From: Promethearchaeia archaeon
GTDB lineage: Archaea > Asgardarchaeota > Lokiarchaeia > Sigyniarchaeales > SOKP01
Direction of reading: 5' to 3'
NCBI GenBank assembly: GCA_046497275.1
Contig: JAWOFX010000091.1
Span: 2,582 to 34,581, forward strand
DNA length: 32,000 bases
How positions within the stretch are numbered: position 1 is the first letter of the stretch; each line of letters opens with the position of its first letter. A program made the translations under genes and the position numbers. This document shows positions 28,932 through 32,000 of this stretch, in pieces. The notes below the pieces were generated by a model. The model was not told the origin of the DNA and did no database searches. It saw only the letters and a program-made list of their open reading frames with translations.

Positions 28932-30890
28932 TTAGTACAGATCGGGGATAACTAAATCTAGATCTAAATCCTTAAGTGTTTCTTTCAAGGGATATCCATT
29001 TTCAGGGTTCCATCCCAATTTTTCACATAAATTTTCGAAATCTGGCTTATATTCTACCGTTATCCCTTCATTAGGTCCTGAAGTTTGAGGGGGATCCCCC
29101 ACACTTCTCCCAGGGAGTCTGTTCTTAATTAATTCAATTCCTTCTCTTATTGTGTATGCTTGTCGTAAAGTCTGTATCCTTATTCCCGATCTCACACATT
29201 CATCCAATGTTAAATCCCAGCCTGTAAATGAATTAATTAATTCGAGAAATGGATATTCTCCCATATACCTCGCAAAAATACATAATCCCACAGAGCAATA
29301 CGTTTGATGCATTCCAGTATTTAGATAAAGAGTTTGGGCTTTAGATTCCATATCCTCGTATTTTTTCTCTGGATATTCTAGACTCGTAATAAATTTATCA
29401 TATGGGGCAGTATCTTCAAATTCTCCGCTTGCAGTTGTATGTCTGCCTGGAGTTGGGTCATACGCATAACTTAATGCTAAAGTTTTATAAACCTTAGGAT
29501 CATGCATAGGAAGTGGTGATCCATGAGACGCCATAACAAATTTTTCACTTTCTTTTCCAATTTTTTTGGAGGCGGCTTCAGGCCCATCCGCAAGAATGTC
29601 GCCAAACCCGTCTCGATTAATTATCTTCTTGGTTAATTTAATTATTGCATCTGAATTCCCCCAGCTTAAATCTAACCCATCAGTATCCTCTTTATTAATA
29701 ATTCCATGTTCAAAACATTCCATCGCAAATGCAATTGCTGCACCAGTTGATATCGTATCAATAGCAGCTCGATTGCACATCTCATTTAATTGGAAGATTG
29801 ACATCAAATCATCATTTAAAAGCAATGTTCCAAAGGAGCAGCATGTCTCATATTCAGGTAGATGTGTCTCTTCCATCCCAATTTCTGGAATTTTTAAAAT
29901 CGCCCCACATTGAACTGGACAACTGTAGCATCCATAATCGTGCACCTTATATTTATTGATTTCTCTTGAAGATAAATTTTTGGCTTTTTCACTAGGAAAA
30001 TCTTCGATACCAACACCTTTCCAATTTTTTACTGGAGAATCTCCAGAAAGTGCACTTATTGTGTTTGTGAAAGGAGTTCCATAATTATGATATACTTTCT
30101 TTATTAAGGATGGAGGACCTGAATTCGCTCCTAATTTACCCATCAGTTTAGGAATTTTAGGGATTTGGGAAATAATCTTATTCATTAAGCCCCCTTCCAA
30201 TCCTTCAAATCCCTCATTATATTCTTTAACCAAACTAAAGAATTGCTTTTTATCATGGATGGGTATTTTTTCCTTGCCTTTTAAAAGAAGCATTTTCAAG
30301 TTCTTCGAACCCATGAGTGCTCCTAATCCTGATCTTGCTGCGATTCTCCCTCCATCATTTGCAATTCCCGAGATTTTAGATAATTTTTCCCCCGCTACTC
30401 CAATTCCCGCAGTCTTTATAAACTTTCCATGAACTTTTTTTAGTTTCTCTTCTGCTTCCTTTATATCTAATCCCCATATTTCATTTGCATCTCTAATCTC
30501 TCTTTTCCCATCAATAATTGAGATGTATTTAGGTGTATCTGCCTTTCCAGTGATTAATATGCCATCATACCCACATTTCTTGATCGCAGGTCCAAAAGTC
30601 CCTCCGCTATTTGCATCCCCCCATGTTCCAGTTAAAGGGGATTTCCCAACAACCATATACCTTCCCGTAAATGGAGCTGCCGTTCCAGTTAATAATCCCG
30701 GAAAAAAGCCAACGATAGCATCTTCACTTAATGGATCTAAATTAGTAGGAGTATGTTCATAAATGAGTCTACAGCCTAACCCATACCCACCGAAATACTT
30801 ACGGTACATCTCATCTGGGAGGTCCTCTTCCTTAAATGTTTCAGTTGATAGATCAACCCATAAAACCTTTCCAAAGTAACCTTTATTCAT
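28932..30890 (-). CDS. aor: Aldehyde:ferredoxin oxidoreductase family protein (W/Mo-pterin, 4Fe-4S)
   Basis: GYFGKVLWVDLS, KSPLTG, DANSGG, GLGALMGSKNLK, CYSCPVQC, PEYET, IDTIS, GLCIF. Confidence 0.95.
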   Translation of the reverse strand: MNKGYFGKVLWVDLSTETFKEEDLPDEMYRKYFGGYGLGCRLIYEHTPTNLDPLSEDAIVGFFPGLLTGTAAPFTGRYMVVGKSPLTGTWGDANSGGTFGPAIKKCGYDGILITGKADTPKYISIIDGKREIRDANEIWGLDIKEAEEKLKKVHGKFIKTAGIGVAGEKLSKISGIANDGGRIAARSGLGALMGSKNLKMLLLKGKEKIPIHDKKQFFSLVKEYNEGFEGLEGGLMNKIISQIPKIPKLMGKLGANSGPPSLIKKVYHNYGTPFTNTISALSGDSPVKNWKGVGIEDFPSEKAKNLSSREINKYKVHDYGCYSCPVQCGAILKIPEIGMEETHLPEYETCCSFGTLLLNDDLMSIFQLNEMCNRAAIDTISTGAAIAFAMECFEHGIINKEDTDGLDLSWGNSDAIIKLTKKIINRDGFGDILADGPEAASKKIGKESEKFVMASHGSPLPMHDPKVYKTLALSYAYDPTPGRHTTASGEFEDTAPYDKFITSLEYPEKKYEDMESKAQTLYLNTGMHQTYCSVGLCIFARYMGEYPFLELINSFTGWDLTLDECVRSGIRIQTLRQAYTIREGIELIKNRLPGRSVGDPPQTSGPNEGITVEYKPDFENLCEKLGWNPENGYPLKETLKDLDLDLVIPDLY

Positions 30891-30926
30891 TTTAAATATA
30901 TAGATTTCTTAACAACATTAATTGTA

Positions 30927-31078
30927 TTTTTAGAATTTTTTATCCAATAATTACTTATTTCTTTATCTATATAATTCTTGAGATTTTTCTTTATTTCTTT
31001 CACATGGTAAGGTTATCGAACATGTTAGGAAAAACTTTTTTATATACATTCTAACTTAGATATTTGAATACAATTAAT
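30927..31078. promoter_or_regulatory. Divergent promoter region carrying the same 12-mer (AATACAATTAAT) on each gene's sense strand
   Basis: ATTAATTGTATT at 30927-30938 and its reverse complement AATACAATTAAT at 31067-31078. TATA candidates at 30968-30975 (minus) and 31039-31046 (plus). Confidence 0.4.
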
Positions 31079-31101
31079 TAAATAAAAGAAGGAAATTGAC
31101 T

Positions 31102-31602
31102 ATGGATGTTTATTTATTTGGAGAGTTAAAAGAAAAAATTAAGGATAAAAAAACCAATCCTGGAATTCCCAGTAAGTTATCTCTCGAGAAAAGAGACGAT
31201 ATTGAAAATGTTTATGATTTATTAGACATCCTAAAAATAGATTTAGATGAAATAAGTCATATATTCATAAATGGGAAATATTGCGGTCCTGGAAAAATTA
31301 TAAAGTCCAATGACAGAATAGGATTATTTCCGAAAAATATGGCGTTAAATTTCGTTGAAGTAGAGCAAAATAATCCAATTCGAGTTCAAATTAAGCTCAA
31401 TAAAGAATTAAAGAAATTTGATAGAATCAGAGAACTTAAATTAACTATTCCCGAAGGGAGTAATATTAGATTTCTCCTTCAAAAACTGAATCTCGACCCA
31501 GATCTTGAGAAATTGGAAATCAAGAAAAATGGCATACAGATTACTAACCTTCAAAGTGTTTTAAATAATGAAGATACTATTTCAATAGGATTAGAATTAT
31601 AA
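31102..31602 (+). CDS. Tandem MoaD/ThiS (beta-grasp, ubiquitin-like) two-domain protein lacking C-terminal GG
   Basis: Domain 1: MDVYLFGEL..NVYDLLDILKI..IFING..DRIGLFP. Domain 2: VQIKL..IPEGSNIRFLLQKLNL..KNG..LNNEDTISI. ATG at 31102; the track starts at TTG 31096. Confidence 0.75.
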   Translation: MDVYLFGELKEKIKDKKTNPGIPSKLSLEKRDDIENVYDLLDILKIDLDEISHIFINGKYCGPGKIIKSNDRIGLFPKNMALNFVEVEQNNPIRVQIKLNKELKKFDRIRELKLTIPEGSNIRFLLQKLNLDPDLEKLEIKKNGIQITNLQSVLNNEDTISIGLEL

Positions 31603-31883
31603 AAATATTTACATTAAATTAATTTATTACCCAATAAGAACTGTAATATTCGATTTAAAATCTTTAAGAAACTCTGATAATGTATTAAAGTAGTTATAGC
31701 AGACATTTTTATTTTTATGTCGGAACCTTTAAATATTCTTTTTGATATTGCATAAAAGTGAAGAAGGAAATTTTATTCAACTAATTCATTTTATATTTTT
31801 TTGAGAGGGAATTAGTTATAAAATATAATCCATAGTATTATTATTCTTTAACTACACAAACCTATAAGAGGGTTGTAAAGAAA

Positions 31884-32000
31884 ATGGCTTTGGTTCCCGC
31901 TGTGGAAGAAGATATGGTGAAATTTAGTTTGTTTATTGATTTCGATCAAAAAAAGAATGTTGTGTACAATAATCTTTATCTCCCCGAGTTTGATGTGGTC
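31884..32000 (+). CDS. 3'-partial ORF, unknown product
   Basis: SD-like GAGGGTTG, then ATG; open to the window end (MALVPAVEEDMVKFSLFIDFDQKKNVVYNNLYLPEFDVV). Confidence 0.55.
   Translation, partial: MALVPAVEEDMVKFSLFIDFDQKKNVVYNNLYLPEFDVV

Noticed and set aside
1626-30762. Remaining short ORFs (60-122 aa) overlapping larger genes, e.g. 5771, 8335, 11524, 13159, 13669, 15288, 15430, 16370, 16841, 18342, 18849, 21390, 22431, 24206, 25432, 25911, 27984, 28108, 29566, 30523
   Set aside because: All lie within or opposite well-supported CDSs and show no independent coding signal.
31701-31720. GACAT-N10-ATGTC inverted repeat downstream of the Ubl gene
   Set aside because: Only 5-bp arms; expected by chance.
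1-32000. CRISPR array, rRNA, integrase/transposase or provirus
   Set aside because: No regularly spaced repeats, rRNA-like GC-rich tracts or mobile-element genes were seen.

Overview
Low-GC archaeal chromosomal DNA, most likely an Asgard archaeon of the Lokiarchaeia/Promethearchaeota type. This is inferred from archaeal RFC-S/RFC-L, TFB, tungsten-type AOR, an archaeal-type DnaK, very AT-rich spacers and local paralog expansions; no marker-gene phylogeny was run. About 26 CDSs, in order: rfcS (partial), rfcL, ECF S-component, crotonase, pepT, atypical P-type ATPase, membrane-tethered alpha/beta hydrolase, leucine-zipper/winged-helix protein, a minus-strand run grpE-dnaK-dnaJ(class B)-clpB-tfb, Cys-type sulfatase, membrane protein, RHH protein, three tandem RimJ/RimL GNATs, ZIP-fold transporter, two DUF4097-like surface proteins flanking a Trp-rich membrane protein, pyk, hypothetical, AOR with a divergent double MoaD/ThiS-like gene, and a partial ORF at the right edge. 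I saw no tRNA, rRNA, CRISPR array or transposase. Best leads: (1) an RHH DNA-binding protein whose tail resembles a proline + WH2-like actin-binding peptide, a ParR-like architecture (speculative); (2) a possibly chimeric Hsp70/class-B J/ClpB disaggregase cluster followed by a divergent TFB; (3) a GG-less tandem ubiquitin-like protein sharing an upstream motif with AOR; (4) enzymes and transporters with rewired active or ion-binding sites; (5) an apparent ATT start codon.
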